From positions 384,001 to 448,000 of the forward strand of contig CAVYIM010000003.1 in NCBI GenBank assembly GCA_963768655.1: a DNA stretch of 64,000 nucleotides, read 5' to 3'. Of the stretch, positions 26,372 to 36,537 are shown one piece after another. Source of the DNA: an uncultured Chloroflexia bacterium. Its GTDB lineage: Bacteria > Chloroflexota > Limnocylindria > Limnocylindrales > CSP1-4. The position numbers and the translations under genes were made by a program. The notes beneath the pieces are model-generated. The model did not search any database. It saw only the letters and a list, made by a program, of their open reading frames with translations, and was not told the DNA's origin. Each line of letters starts with the position of its first letter. Positions within the stretch are counted from its first letter, which is position 1.

Positions 26372-28471
26372 ATGACAGGAGTGGGCCCGGCCGGGCCGGA
26401 CCAGGCGACGCGCCGGGCCGCGCGCCGGCTCGCTTTCGCGGCCGCACTGAGCGTGCCGCCCATGATCGCCGCCCAGGTCGCCTTTCTTCCTTCGGACACC
26501 CGGGCAGTCGGCATCCCGTTGACCCTGCTGGCGGGTGGCGCCCTGCTGGTGGCGCTGTGGACACTCCATGCCGGTGGCCCATGGCTGGCTCTGGTCGGGC
26601 CGGTGGTCGCCGTACTCGACGTGGGGGCCGTCCTCTGCGGAGCCTTGCTTCCTGTTGGGTTGGACATTGCCGTCATCCTGCCCCTCCTAAGCGCAGTGCT
26701 GCTCGTCGCCGTGCTCGATGGCTGGAAGCTGAGGCTCGGTCTGACCGCCGGCTGGCTGTCGGGTGTGGTCGGGTCGGCGCTGGCACGTTCGAGCCCCGGC
26801 CTGGCGTCGATCCCGCACGTTGCGCCGGTTCCGCTGGCGATCGTGTTCGTCGCGGCAGGTACCGGCCTTGGCTACATTGCCCTGGACTGGGCCGCCGCGC
26901 ACTGGCACGCCGTGGCGGCCGAGGCGCGGGCTGCGGCTGAGCAGGCCCGCCTGGCGGAGCTGGCCCAACAGCGCAGCGCCGAGCGATTTCGTGCCCTGCT
27001 CGATCATTCGCCCTTGCCGACGCTGGCATTCGACACCGACGGCCTCATCCGGGTCTGGAACCCTGCCGCGGAGCGATACCTGGGCTGGTCGGCCGCCGAG
27101 GTCATTGGCCAGCACATCGCGAATCTCGTTCCGGAGGAGCAGCGCGCCGGGGTGCGAAGGCGGACCCAGGAGGCGATCGCCACCGGGCAGGTCGCCGGCC
27201 CGCGGCTGACGGGCTTCCTGACCGGGGATAGAGGGGAGGTGCGGGCCGAGGTCCACGATGCCATCGACTGGGGCATCGACGGCAAGCCGGCCGGCGTGGT
27301 CGTCCAGTTCATCGATGTAACCGAGCGCGAGGCGATCGCAGCGCGCCTCGTGGAGGCCCAGCGCCTGGAGGCTGTCGGGCAGCTGGCAGGGGGAGTGGCC
27401 CACGATTTCAACAACAGCCTGACGGCGATCGCCGGTTTCGCTTCGCTGATCGCGACGGGAGAGAGCCCCGATCCTCAGGACGACGCCCGGACGATCCTCG
27501 GCGCCGCCGAGCACGCGTCCATCCTGACGCGCCAGCTTCTGGCGTTCTCGAGACGCGTCCCACTTTCGCCCCAGGCGATCGACCTGCGCGACTTCCTGGC
27601 CGGAGTCGAACCGCTGGTCAGGAGCCTGATCGGGGAGACGATCGTTCTCCGGCGCGAGGCCGATGGCCGGCCCGCGATGGCGGAGGTCGACGCTGCCACG
27701 CTCGAGCAGGCGATTCTCAACCTGGCCACGAACGCGCGGGACGCCATGCCTGAAGGCGGTGAGCTGACGCTCGCCGTGCGGTCCTATCCCGCCTGCGTCG
27801 GCGGGCTCTCGGTGGAGCCCGAGGATCATGTCGCGGTGGTGGTCTCGGATACAGGCGTGGGGATCCCGCCGTCGATCATCAACCGGGTGTTCGAACCGTT
27901 CTTCACCACGAAGCCGTTTGGCAAGGGCTCCGGGTTGGGCCTGCCCATGGTGCACGGCTTCGTGGCCGCGTCGGGAGGGCACGTTGTCGTCAGCTCGCCG
28001 CCCGGCTCGGGCGCGACGCTGGAATTGCACTTCCCCCGCACCGACGCGCGTGTGCCTCGGGCTGACGTCAAGGACCAACCGATCGGTGGCACGGAAGCCG
28101 TGCTGTTCGTAGAAGACGACCCGGGCGTCGCCTCATTCGGGCTGGCCTGCCTGCGCCGCCTCGGTTATGACGTGACGCCGGCCATGAACGGTACCGAGGC
28201 CGGCGCTCTCGCCGCCTCCCGCTCGGAGCCGTTCGACTTGCTCCTGACCGACGTCGTTCTGCCCGGCATGTCTGGCTCCGAGCTTGCCGCGCTGGTTCGT
28301 CGCCATCACCCCGCCACCGCCATCCTCTACGCGTCGGGCTACAGTCCGGAGCACGTCGACGCCGTGGTCAATGGTCCGCAGGCGCCGCTGCTGACGAAGC
28401 CATATTCGCTGGAGCAGCTTGCGTCCACTGTCCGTTCGGTCCTGGACACCCGCCCGAAGGCGACGCGCTGA
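26372..28471 (+). CDS. Membrane PAS-domain hybrid sensor histidine kinase/receiver
   Basis: About six TM helices, PAS (WNPAAERYLGW), H-box AHDFNN, NARDAMP, DTGVG, FFTTK..GSGLGL, REC (VEDD, LLTDVVLP); start could be 26231. Confidence 0.93.
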   Translation: MTGVGPAGPDQATRRAARRLAFAAALSVPPMIAAQVAFLPSDTRAVGIPLTLLAGGALLVALWTLHAGGPWLALVGPVVAVLDVGAVLCGALLPVGLDIAVILPLLSAVLLVAVLDGWKLRLGLTAGWLSGVVGSALARSSPGLASIPHVAPVPLAIVFVAAGTGLGYIALDWAAAHWHAVAAEARAAAEQARLAELAQQRSAERFRALLDHSPLPTLAFDTDGLIRVWNPAAERYLGWSAAEVIGQHIANLVPEEQRAGVRRRTQEAIATGQVAGPRLTGFLTGDRGEVRAEVHDAIDWGIDGKPAGVVVQFIDVTEREAIAARLVEAQRLEAVGQLAGGVAHDFNNSLTAIAGFASLIATGESPDPQDDARTILGAAEHASILTRQLLAFSRRVPLSPQAIDLRDFLAGVEPLVRSLIGETIVLRREADGRPAMAEVDAATLEQAILNLATNARDAMPEGGELTLAVRSYPACVGGLSVEPEDHVAVVVSDTGVGIPPSIINRVFEPFFTTKPFGKGSGLGLPMVHGFVAASGGHVVVSSPPGSGATLELHFPRTDARVPRADVKDQPIGGTEAVLFVEDDPGVASFGLACLRRLGYDVTPAMNGTEAGALAASRSEPFDLLLTDVVLPGMSGSELAALVRRHHPATAILYASGYSPEHVDAVVNGPQAPLLTKPYSLEQLASTVRSVLDTRPKATR

Positions 28472-28615
28472 CCCGGGGTCTCGCCAGGTCGGCGGAGACG
28501 GGCCAAAGCGATTCTGGGCCGGAGGACGGCCTTCATTGCCGGCTGCCCCAACCTACGTCTTGCCTGTAGAGTTTCCCTGCCGAAACCGCCGTCACCAAGT
28601 ACCAAGGAACGTCCC

Positions 28616-29821
28616 GTGGCCCTGCCGCTTCGCTCCCTCACGCCAGCTCCGCCGGACCCCATCCTCGGCCTGACCGAGACCTTCCGTGCCGACACGCGAC
28701 CGGACAAGGTCAACCTATCGGTTGGCGTATACGTGGACGACAGCGGCGTCACGCCTGTCCTCCCGTCCGTGCTGGAGGCCGAGCGTCGCATGCTGGAGAA
28801 GGCGGGCTCGAAGGGCTACCTTCCGATCGACGGGCGACCCGGCTACAAGAAGGCGGTCCGGGACCTCGTCTTCGGGCCCGACCACGAGATCGTGGAGAGC
28901 GGCCGATCCGCCACGGCCCAGACGCCCGGCGGGACCGGAGCCCTGCGTGTGGCCGCCGACTTCCTGCTCCAGACGGGATCCTCGAAGACGATCTGGCTCA
29001 GCGAGCCCACCTGGCCGAATCATCCCCAGCTCTTCACGCTGGCCGGATTCGGGTTGCGCACCTACCCGTACCTCGATGAATCCGGGCGCGCGGTGGATGT
29101 CGGCAAGATGCTCGCCGCGCTGCGGTCGGCGATTCCGGGCGACGTGGTCCTGCTCCACGGCTCATGCCACAACCCGAGTGGCGTTGACCCGGACGCGGAG
29201 ACATGGGCGGCCATTGCCGAGATCGTCATCGAGCGGGAGCTGATGCCGGTGGTCGATTTCGCCTACCAGGGCTTCGGATTCGGCCTGCGCGAGGACGCCG
29301 ACTGGCTTGCGGGGCTGGCGCGGCCCGGCCTCGAGTTTCTGATCTGCTCGAGCTTCTCCAAGAACTTTGCCCTCTACAACGAGCGCGTCGGCGCACTGAC
29401 CGTCGTGGCGGCCGACTCGACGCGTGCCGGCTCCGCCCTGAGTCACCTCAAGATCGCCATTCGGGCGAACTACTCGAACCCGCCCGCTCATGGCGGGGAC
29501 ATCGTCGAGACGGTCCTCACCGACCCGGCCCTGCGGGCCCAGTGGGAAGTTGACCTGGCCGGGATGCGCAACCGCATCCTCGGCAATCGCGTGGCACTCG
29601 TGAAGGCGCTCGTCGCCGCCGGCGTCCCCGGCAACTGGGATCCGATCGGGCGCCAGCGTGGCATGTTCGCGCTACTCGGGCTCTCGTCCGACCAGGTGGC
29701 CCGTCTTCGCGACGAGTTCGCGGTCTACGTCGTCGGCAAGGGCCGGATCAACGTGGCAGGCCTCACTCCATCAAACATCGACCACGTCGTTGCCGCGGTC
29801 AAGGCGGTGATCGAGGGCTGA
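28616..29821 (+). CDS. aspC: Aspartate/aromatic amino acid aminotransferase (class I)
   Basis: PDPILGL, KVNLSVGVY, QTPGGTGAL, HNPSG, DFAYQG, SFSKNFALYNERVG, GRINVAG. Confidence 0.93.
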   Translation: MALPLRSLTPAPPDPILGLTETFRADTRPDKVNLSVGVYVDDSGVTPVLPSVLEAERRMLEKAGSKGYLPIDGRPGYKKAVRDLVFGPDHEIVESGRSATAQTPGGTGALRVAADFLLQTGSSKTIWLSEPTWPNHPQLFTLAGFGLRTYPYLDESGRAVDVGKMLAALRSAIPGDVVLLHGSCHNPSGVDPDAETWAAIAEIVIERELMPVVDFAYQGFGFGLREDADWLAGLARPGLEFLICSSFSKNFALYNERVGALTVVAADSTRAGSALSHLKIAIRANYSNPPAHGGDIVETVLTDPALRAQWEVDLAGMRNRILGNRVALVKALVAAGVPGNWDPIGRQRGMFALLGLSSDQVARLRDEFAVYVVGKGRINVAGLTPSNIDHVVAAVKAVIEG

Positions 29822-29877
29822 CGGCCCGTTGCCGCGGCACTCCTGCACCTGAGCTGGCGGATCTCGCGTCCGCTCCG

Positions 29878-29905
29878 GAGAACGTTCCTGTCGTCCGTGA
29901 CGTCA
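29878..29905 (+). promoter_or_regulatory. ECF-type promoter GAGAAC-N17-CGTCA
   Basis: AAC 29881-29883 and CGTC 29901-29904 upstream of the SD and ATG of the sigma gene. Confidence 0.6.
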
Positions 29906-29922
29906 GTCGGAGTGGAGGGCTG

Positions 29923-30528
29923 ATGAGGGCCCGACGAGGCGACGACCGAGCGAAAGATGGGCAGCCTGTGGCCGCACGAGTTGCGGTGGAACAAGGACGG
30001 GTCGAGCCGGCTGATGAGTTCACGCGGCTGGCCGATCGCCACCTCGACGCGGCCTACCGGTTGGCCAGCGTCGTCCTGGGAGATCCGACCGAGGCCGAAG
30101 ACGCGGCGCACGACGCGGCTGTCCTGGCGTGGCGGCGCTTCGCGACACTGCGCGATCCAGACCGCTTCGAGCAGTGGTTCTGCCGCATCGTCCTCAACGT
30201 TTGTCGCGACCGACTGCGGCAGCGGCGGCGCCATCCGGTCGTGGAGCTGCCCGCCGAGGACGGTGAACGTGGCGGCTTGCAGGCGCCCGACCAAGCTGGC
30301 CAGCTGCTGGCTCGCGACGCCCTCGATCGAGCCTTCGCTCGCCTCGAGCCCGACCACCAGATCGTGGTCGCGCTGCGGTACTACCGCGATCTGACCGTGG
30401 ACGAGATGGCGCGGCGACTGGGGATCCCCACCGGAACGGTGAAGTCTCGGCTGCACCATGCCATGCGCCGGCTTCGCACCGAGCTCGAACGCCAGGGCTG
30501 GCGCGAGGAGACCTCCGATGAGGAGTGA
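29923..30528 (+). CDS. ECF RNA polymerase sigma factor
   Basis: AYRLA..EAEDAAHDA, W..RIVLNVCRDRLR; region 4 LRYYRDLTVDEMA..GTVKSRLH. Confidence 0.93.
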   Translation: MRARRGDDRAKDGQPVAARVAVEQGRVEPADEFTRLADRHLDAAYRLASVVLGDPTEAEDAAHDAAVLAWRRFATLRDPDRFEQWFCRIVLNVCRDRLRQRRRHPVVELPAEDGERGGLQAPDQAGQLLARDALDRAFARLEPDHQIVVALRYYRDLTVDEMARRLGIPTGTVKSRLHHAMRRLRTELERQGWREETSDEE

Positions 30529-31669
30529 CCGCGGAGCGCCGGTCGGCGACCAGATCGAGGACGAAGTCCGCACCTGGTTGCGGGCGCGTGATGCCGGGCC
30601 TGCGCCGGAGCGGCTCCGGATGCGGGTTGCCCGCGTGGCCGGTGAGCCGAAGCCTCGGCGGATCACGGCGTTGCTGCGAGCGACTTCCGCTGTTGCCGGC
30701 GCGGCAGTCGTGGCGGCGCTCATTCTCCTGGCAGTCACATTGCGCGGCCCGGCCGGCCCACTGGCCAGCAGTCCGTCCCCGACCCCCGCGCCCCTGTCCA
30801 CGGCCTCGCCGAACGTGCTCCCGCTCATGCCGGTCGGCCCGTGGCCTCGCACGGGTGCGGTGCTGGGGCTGCCCCTGGACGGCACGCCTCTCACGGCGCT
30901 CGCCTGCGTCCTGTTCCTGGCCGCCCTCGCATTGCTCGCCTACCTGGCGCGGCGGTCCTTCGCCGACGCGCGCCGGCCGGCCGGCCGGGAAGACTACCGG
31001 GGCGGTCTCCGAGCGATCCGCTCTCCTCGGGCCTGGATCCTGCGCCTGCTCGGGGCCGTGCTGGTGGCGATTCTGAGCGTGGTCGGCTGCGACCTGGTCC
31101 AGTTCAGCCAGAGTTCTCCGCTGCAGTACGGCAGCGCTGAGGGCGTCGACTCGACACTGCAGCTTGGCTGGAGGGACAGCGCGGGCGGGAGTGAGGAGAC
31201 GTACGTGCCGTTCGTTCCTGGGGGCCAGCTTCCAGCGACGCTCGAGCTCTCCAACCAGGGCGACCTGCCGCTCACAGTCACTTCGTTCGACACGCAGCGC
31301 TTCCGGGCCGAGCAACCTGCGGCGGCATTCATCTCCTCGGTCGAGCTTCGCCTTCCACCGGGGGCGACTATGGGCGGCTTCTACGAGCTCGGCTACTACA
31401 GCGAAGCATTCCATCCATTCGAGTTGCCGCCACACGGTTACACATCGCTCGTGGTCATCCTGCACCTGAAAGCGTGCCCGTCAGTGGTGCCCGGCCCAAC
31501 ACCTGCTGCGAATGCGAGCTCCAGCGGGAACTACCTGCCCACCACCGGCTACGTCACCATCGGGGAGCTTCCCTTCCGCTACAGCATCCTCGGCGTCGAG
31601 CGAGAGACCGAAGTTCGGCTGAACGAAGCTATAGCCCTGGTGTTCGGTTCCAACGCGGTGACCTGCTGA
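30518..31669 (+). CDS. Putative anti-sigma factor: three TM helices plus C-terminal Ig-like domain
   Basis: Overlaps sigma; IEDEVRTWL..APERLR cytoplasmic head; TM helices; LELSNQGDLPLTV domain with two Cys. Confidence 0.72.
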   Translation: MRSDRGAPVGDQIEDEVRTWLRARDAGPAPERLRMRVARVAGEPKPRRITALLRATSAVAGAAVVAALILLAVTLRGPAGPLASSPSPTPAPLSTASPNVLPLMPVGPWPRTGAVLGLPLDGTPLTALACVLFLAALALLAYLARRSFADARRPAGREDYRGGLRAIRSPRAWILRLLGAVLVAILSVVGCDLVQFSQSSPLQYGSAEGVDSTLQLGWRDSAGGSEETYVPFVPGGQLPATLELSNQGDLPLTVTSFDTQRFRAEQPAAAFISSVELRLPPGATMGGFYELGYYSEAFHPFELPPHGYTSLVVILHLKACPSVVPGPTPAANASSSGNYLPTTGYVTIGELPFRYSILGVERETEVRLNEAIALVFGSNAVTC

Positions 31670-32475
31670 TGCCTGACTTCGTGGTGGATTCGATCCTGGC
31701 CGGGGCGGCGATATTCGTGGCGGTCGCGGCGGCGCTGGCTTTCTTCGATGTTGCAGCATTGCCTGTCCCGGAGCAGATGCCACCATTGGTGCCGGCATGG
31801 GCGACTCTCAGCCGGGCATCCAGGCTTCGCCGGGTGGTTGCGGTGATCGTGGTCGTGGCCGTCGTCGCTGCGTTGATCGCCGCTTTCCGGGTCGTGGACG
31901 GCGACCCGCTCCGGGCAACCGGACCTGCCGCCGGTTCGGGCTCTCTGTACATCGGAACCGCACCGGCGACCTACGGCGGGAGCGACAACGTCGTTTTCGC
32001 TCCTGATCCGGGTGGCGACATCCAGATGGAATTCGATCTTGAGAACACGGGCGAGTTTCCGCTGACAATCACGGGGATGAACGAACCCATGAACGGGAGC
32101 CCCACGTGGGAGGACGACGGATACTTCGACTCGGGCTCGCTGCTGGCCGCCGGTCAAACGAGCGACGGCACCTTCCATCGCTTCGAGATCGGGGCCCACG
32201 CCAGCGTCCGAGTCGTGGCCCATCTCCACCTCAGGCAATGCGTCGCCTCGGCTCCGGGGCCGACGCTGGCGCCCGGGCAATCGCCGTCGGCATGGGCCGC
32301 TGTGGCGGCGGAGGGGCTCGGGTTCGCGTCGTTCGACAGTCTGACGATCACTTACGAGATGCTCGGGCTGGCGCACACCTCGGCCGTAGCATTACCGGCG
32401 AGTCTCGTCCTGGCGGACCCGAACTCGGCCATCTGCCCCCTCACCGGAGGATCTACGTCGACGCCCAACCCATAG
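31669..32475 (+). CDS. Membrane protein, paralog of the C-terminal half of the preceding gene
   Basis: TGATG coupling; two TM helices; PGG..FDLENTGEFPLTI..FHRFEI..LHLRQC..PGPT..Y.MLG..IC. Confidence 0.72.
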   Translation: MPDFVVDSILAGAAIFVAVAAALAFFDVAALPVPEQMPPLVPAWATLSRASRLRRVVAVIVVVAVVAALIAAFRVVDGDPLRATGPAAGSGSLYIGTAPATYGGSDNVVFAPDPGGDIQMEFDLENTGEFPLTITGMNEPMNGSPTWEDDGYFDSGSLLAAGQTSDGTFHRFEIGAHASVRVVAHLHLRQCVASAPGPTLAPGQSPSAWAAVAAEGLGFASFDSLTITYEMLGLAHTSAVALPASLVLADPNSAICPLTGGSTSTPNP

Positions 32476-32480
32476 GCCAG

Positions 32481-32507
32481 GGAACCTGGCCGCCGGCCGA
32501 GACGTCT
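32481..32507 (+). promoter_or_regulatory. ECF-type promoter GGAAC-N17-CGTCT
   Basis: Same AAC-N17-CGTC geometry as 29878; sits in the intergenic gap before the lipoprotein gene. Confidence 0.62.
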
Positions 32508-32545
32508 GGAGAGCGTTCACACCCTACCGCCGATTTGGGAGTTCG

Positions 32546-33487
32546 ATGATGTTGCAGACCGACCGCCCCAGGCGATCGATGGCGCGCTGGTTTGGGGCCA
32601 TGAGCGCGGCACTGTTTCTCGTAGCCGGCTGCGTCACGGCAGGAGCAGGAGGGGCGGGCGGCACGGCCACTCCCTCGGCTCCGGGGGGTTCGCCTTCGGT
32701 GACGACGCCGGCGCCCAGCGTCACGCCACTGCCGAGCGCCCCCTCGTCGGCGACCGGCTTCTACCTGCGAGCCTGGCAGACCCAGGCGCTCGCGCCCCAG
32801 TACACATTCACCTGGCTGCCGCTCGCGACTGTCTCTGGCGGGCAGTACATCGATGGGCTGGTCGCCGTGCCCGCCATCTACCCCGGCCCGCTGTGGGTCG
32901 ATCCGACGGTCCAGTCGATCAGCGCCACGGGCATCGATGCGATCGTGGCCGAGGCGCGACAGCTGGGCTTGCTCGGTAGCACCTCGGACTTCATCGGCTC
33001 GCCGATGGCGGGCGCGATGACCGCCCATATCCAGCTGATCATCGACGGCACGACGTACAACCTGACCGGCTCGACGGACGCTGCGGCGCCGGCCGGCGCC
33101 ACGTCCGCCCCCGGCACCGCGGCGGCCTTCGCCACGTTCTGGCAGAAGCTCACCGAGCTGGCAATGTGGCTCCCCGACGATCTCGGCCAGTCCTCCGCCT
33201 ACGAGCCCTCTAGCCTGGCCGTCCTTGCTCTCCCGCCGACGGCCGCCAGCAGCGGCATCAAGCCGAACGTAGTGACGTGGCCGCTGGCGACCCCGTTCTC
33301 GAAGCTCGGGACAGCTATGGGCAACGTCGCCTACCGCTGCGCGGTCGTCACGGGCGCCGATCTGACCAGCCTCTTGCCGGTGGTCCAGCAGTCGAACCAG
33401 CTGACGCGCTTCGTGGACAGCGCCAAGGTCACGGACTCGCTGCTGGTCCGGGCCATGGTTCCGGGCGAGCCGAATCCCTGCGGTTAG
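32546..33487 (+). CDS. Hypothetical lipoprotein
   Basis: Lipobox LVAGC followed by a Pro/Ser/Thr linker and a globular domain with two further Cys. Confidence 0.75.
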   Translation: MMLQTDRPRRSMARWFGAMSAALFLVAGCVTAGAGGAGGTATPSAPGGSPSVTTPAPSVTPLPSAPSSATGFYLRAWQTQALAPQYTFTWLPLATVSGGQYIDGLVAVPAIYPGPLWVDPTVQSISATGIDAIVAEARQLGLLGSTSDFIGSPMAGAMTAHIQLIIDGTTYNLTGSTDAAAPAGATSAPGTAAAFATFWQKLTELAMWLPDDLGQSSAYEPSSLAVLALPPTAASSGIKPNVVTWPLATPFSKLGTAMGNVAYRCAVVTGADLTSLLPVVQQSNQLTRFVDSAKVTDSLLVRAMVPGEPNPCG

Positions 33488-33513
33488 GCACACAACCGTC
33501 GAACCGCGGATGA

Positions 33514-33545
33514 GACGGGGGCCGGCGATCGAGCCGGCCCCCGTC
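33514..33545. terminator. Stem-loop terminator
   Basis: 13-bp perfect stem gacgggggccggc / gccggcccccgtc with a 6-nt loop after the lipoprotein gene. Confidence 0.7.
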
Positions 33546-33634
33546 CTGCGTCTACAAGGCCGGGGCTTCGAGGCCCATCCAGAAGGGCCGAAAGGGGGCT
33601 TGCGCAGCCCTCTCGCCCGGTCGATGCTGGCCGC

Positions 33635-35386
33635 ATGAGACAACTTCCGCGTTCTGTCAAGAGCCTCCGTCCAAGCGGTGTCGTGCCGGTGCCCCACGCC
33701 GGGGCCGAGCTCCTGGAGAAGCCTCTCCTGAACAAGGACACTGGCTTCGACGAAGCCGAGCGGGACATCTTCGGCCTGCGCGGTCTGTTGCCGCCTCGCG
33801 TGGCGACGATCGACGAGCAGGTGTGCCTGGAGCTGGAGCACATCCGCCGCAAGAGCGACGATCTCGAGCGCTATATCGGCCTGTCGTCACTGCAGGACCG
33901 CAACGAGACACTCTTCTATCGGGTGCTGCTGGAGAACCTCGAAGAGTTCATGCCGATCGTCTACACACCGACGGTCGGCCGCGCCTGCCAGACATTCAGC
34001 CATATCATGCGGCGGCCTCGTGGCCTGTGGATCACGCCCGCCGACAAGGACCGGATCTCCGACCTGCTGCGCAACGCCCGACCCGAGTCCTCCTCCAGCG
34101 GCGTGGGTGTCGACGACGTTCGCCTGATCGTTGCCACGGACAACGAGCGGATCCTCGGCCTGGGCGACCAGGGTGCGGGTGGCATGGGCATCCCCGTCGG
34201 CAAGCTGGCGCTGTACACCGCCGGCGCGGGCATCTATCCCGCCCATACCCTGCCCGTATCGCTGGACGTCGGCACGGACAACGAGGATCTCCTCGCCGAT
34301 CCGGCATACGTGGGCTATCGCCAGCGTCGCCTTAGAGGAGCCGAGTACGACGACTTCCTCGAGGCCTTCGTGGGCGCGATCCTGGACGTCTGCCCGCGCG
34401 CCGTACTGCAGTGGGAAGACTTCAAGCAGCACAACGCGATTCGGATCCTGGACCGCTACCGCCACCGAATCACCAGCTTCAACGACGACATCCAGGGTAC
34501 CGGCGCAGTCGTTCTGGCCGGAATCCTGGCCGCCGGGCGCGCGGTAGACCGCCCGCTGGTCGAGCAGCGTTTCGTCTTCCTGGGTGCCGGCGCAGCCGGG
34601 ATAGGCATCGCCCGGCTCGTCCGCGCCGCCATGATGGCCGAAGGGCTGGATGCCGCGAGCGCCAAACGCTCGATCGTCACCGTCGACACGAAAGGTCTGG
34701 TCTTCATCGATCGAGACCAGCTCGACGACGACAAGCGCGAGTTCGCCCTGACCGGCGCCGAGCTGAGCTCCTACGGCTTCAACGGCCTGTCGCCGACCGA
34801 CCGGCTGGATCTCTCAGCCGTGGTCGCGAAGGTCAAGCCGACTGTGCTGATCGGCACCAGCGGCGTGGCGGGCGCCTTCACCGAGTCGGCGATCCGAGAG
34901 ATGGCCGCGCATGTCGAGCGCCCGGTCGTCTTCCCGCTCTCGAATCCCACGGCCAAGACGGAAGCGATACCCGCCGACATCCTGGCCTGGACGGAAGGCC
35001 GAGCGCTCATTGCGACCGGCAGCCCGTTCGAGGCGGTCAGGGTCGACGGCGTCGACCATGTGATCGGCCAGGCCAACAACGTCTTCATCTTCCCGGGCCT
35101 GGGCCTCGGCGCGATAGTCGCGGAGGCCCGGGAGATCACCGACGAGATGTTCCTTCTCGCGGCCCGAACACTGGCCGAGATGGTCGCGCCCGAACGGCTC
35201 GTCGCTGGCGCGCTGTATCCGGCCGTCTCGGATCTGCGGCGAGTTTCTCGCGAAATCGCGGCCAAGGTGGTGTGCCAGAGCCGCGACTGCGGAGTGGGCC
35301 GCCTGTATCGCGACGAAGAGGTGTTCGACGCGGTGGACTCGGCGATGTGGTACCCGGACTATCTGCCGTATCGGCCGACGCCCTGA
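33635..35386 (+). CDS. maeA: NAD-dependent malic enzyme
   Basis: LQDRNETLFYR, PIVYTPTVG, ERILGLGD, QWEDF, FNDDIQGT, GAGAAG, PLSNPT, QANN. Confidence 0.94.
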   Translation: MRQLPRSVKSLRPSGVVPVPHAGAELLEKPLLNKDTGFDEAERDIFGLRGLLPPRVATIDEQVCLELEHIRRKSDDLERYIGLSSLQDRNETLFYRVLLENLEEFMPIVYTPTVGRACQTFSHIMRRPRGLWITPADKDRISDLLRNARPESSSSGVGVDDVRLIVATDNERILGLGDQGAGGMGIPVGKLALYTAGAGIYPAHTLPVSLDVGTDNEDLLADPAYVGYRQRRLRGAEYDDFLEAFVGAILDVCPRAVLQWEDFKQHNAIRILDRYRHRITSFNDDIQGTGAVVLAGILAAGRAVDRPLVEQRFVFLGAGAAGIGIARLVRAAMMAEGLDAASAKRSIVTVDTKGLVFIDRDQLDDDKREFALTGAELSSYGFNGLSPTDRLDLSAVVAKVKPTVLIGTSGVAGAFTESAIREMAAHVERPVVFPLSNPTAKTEAIPADILAWTEGRALIATGSPFEAVRVDGVDHVIGQANNVFIFPGLGLGAIVAEAREITDEMFLLAARTLAEMVAPERLVAGALYPAVSDLRRVSREIAAKVVCQSRDCGVGRLYRDEEVFDAVDSAMWYPDYLPYRPTP

Positions 35387-35716
35387 GACCGGATCCGGAT
35401 CCGTGCCGGGGCGCCGTCCGGTCGGCGGCGCGCTCCGGCCTCACTCCTCCAGCGCGCCGCTGACCCACCCTCCCGAGACTTAGGGCAGGCCCTTCGGGCG
35501 CTCTGTTGAGCCGGGCCTCTGTGCCCGCGAAGGGACGTGGGTACGACGTCTGGCGCGGGTGCAGCCGGACCTGGTCTCGTCAAGTTGGCGCCGCTCGGCA
35601 CCGAAACCTCCACTGGATCTGCGTTGGGTAGATCTGGAATCGCCCGGCTCTGCCCGGACGCGCCGGTCCTGTAGCCGGTCGGCCGCGTCGTGAGTTTGCG
35701 GGCTCAAGGAGAAACC

Positions 35717-36274
35717 ATGGCCGTAGGCGCGTTCGATCCGGGGACGTGGGGGACCGGGATTGTCGTCAGCAGAAGGCGCCCGGGCCACATCGTCGCGCTC
35801 ACCGAGGATGGCCGGATCGACGCGATGCTCCAGGGCGGGGTCAAGATCGCCGACGCGCTGGAGAAACGCGCTGCGGTCGGCGTGAACAACGCCCAACGCG
35901 GTCCCAGCGACCTGTCGGCGCCCCTTGTGCCGGCGCCCGGCGTGAAGAGCGTGGACCCATACGACATTTCCGTCGTAATGCCGGCAGAGGACGGTGAACC
36001 GGTGGTGACCGACGCCGACCGGGATGCGTGGAGCAAGTTCCGGGTCGCCTACGACGTCACGCTCGAGGCCCCGCCGTTCAAGGTATCGGGCGTGCTGCTC
36101 TTGCTGCCTTCGCAGGATCCGCTTTCACTCACGGAGCGCGGCACGGAGCTGTTCCTTCCGGTTTTCGCGCCCGTGGTGCAGGTAGGTGCGACGACGATCA
36201 GGGACACGCCCCGCGACGCGGTCCTGGTGAACCGCTCTCACATGCGCCGGGTCAGCGCCACGAAGCGACGCTAG
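35717..36274 (+). CDS. Hypothetical protein (possibly two related small beta domains)
   Basis: SD AAGGAG plus ATG; GC3-rich; C-terminal VSG.L..FLPV..VLVNR pattern. Confidence 0.65.
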   Translation: MAVGAFDPGTWGTGIVVSRRRPGHIVALTEDGRIDAMLQGGVKIADALEKRAAVGVNNAQRGPSDLSAPLVPAPGVKSVDPYDISVVMPAEDGEPVVTDADRDAWSKFRVAYDVTLEAPPFKVSGVLLLLPSQDPLSLTERGTELFLPVFAPVVQVGATTIRDTPRDAVLVNRSHMRRVSATKRR

Positions 36275-36537
36275 CTCCCGCGACTTCGGGTCGATCGCGC
36301 CGTCGTCTGACTCCACGGCCGACTGATCCCCTTGCCGTGACCTGCCGGGCTGGCAGGTTCGATGGCAAGTGAGAGAATGCGGGAAACGGCTCCAGGTGAG
36401 CCAGCGCTTGCGTGCTATCCGCGATCGCGCGTACTCGACGGTTCTACGCTGATGAGAGCGCTGCTCGAACGACGCGCGCCAGACGCGCCCCCTGGAATCC
36501 CACATGGAGAGTGGCGGGATCGCCCGGAGAGGTCGAG

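Noticed and set aside
35387-35716. 330-bp intergenic region with small hairpins (gcccttcgggc, cccgcgaaggg) as a c-di-GMP or c-di-AMP riboswitch
   Set aside because: Conserved aptamer motifs not found by eye; hairpins compatible with chance at this GC content
36330-36369. Hairpin cttgcc..gacctgcc/ggcaggtt..ggcaag upstream of ald as a regulatory RNA
   Set aside because: Position fits an ordinary terminator of the upstream gene; no further support
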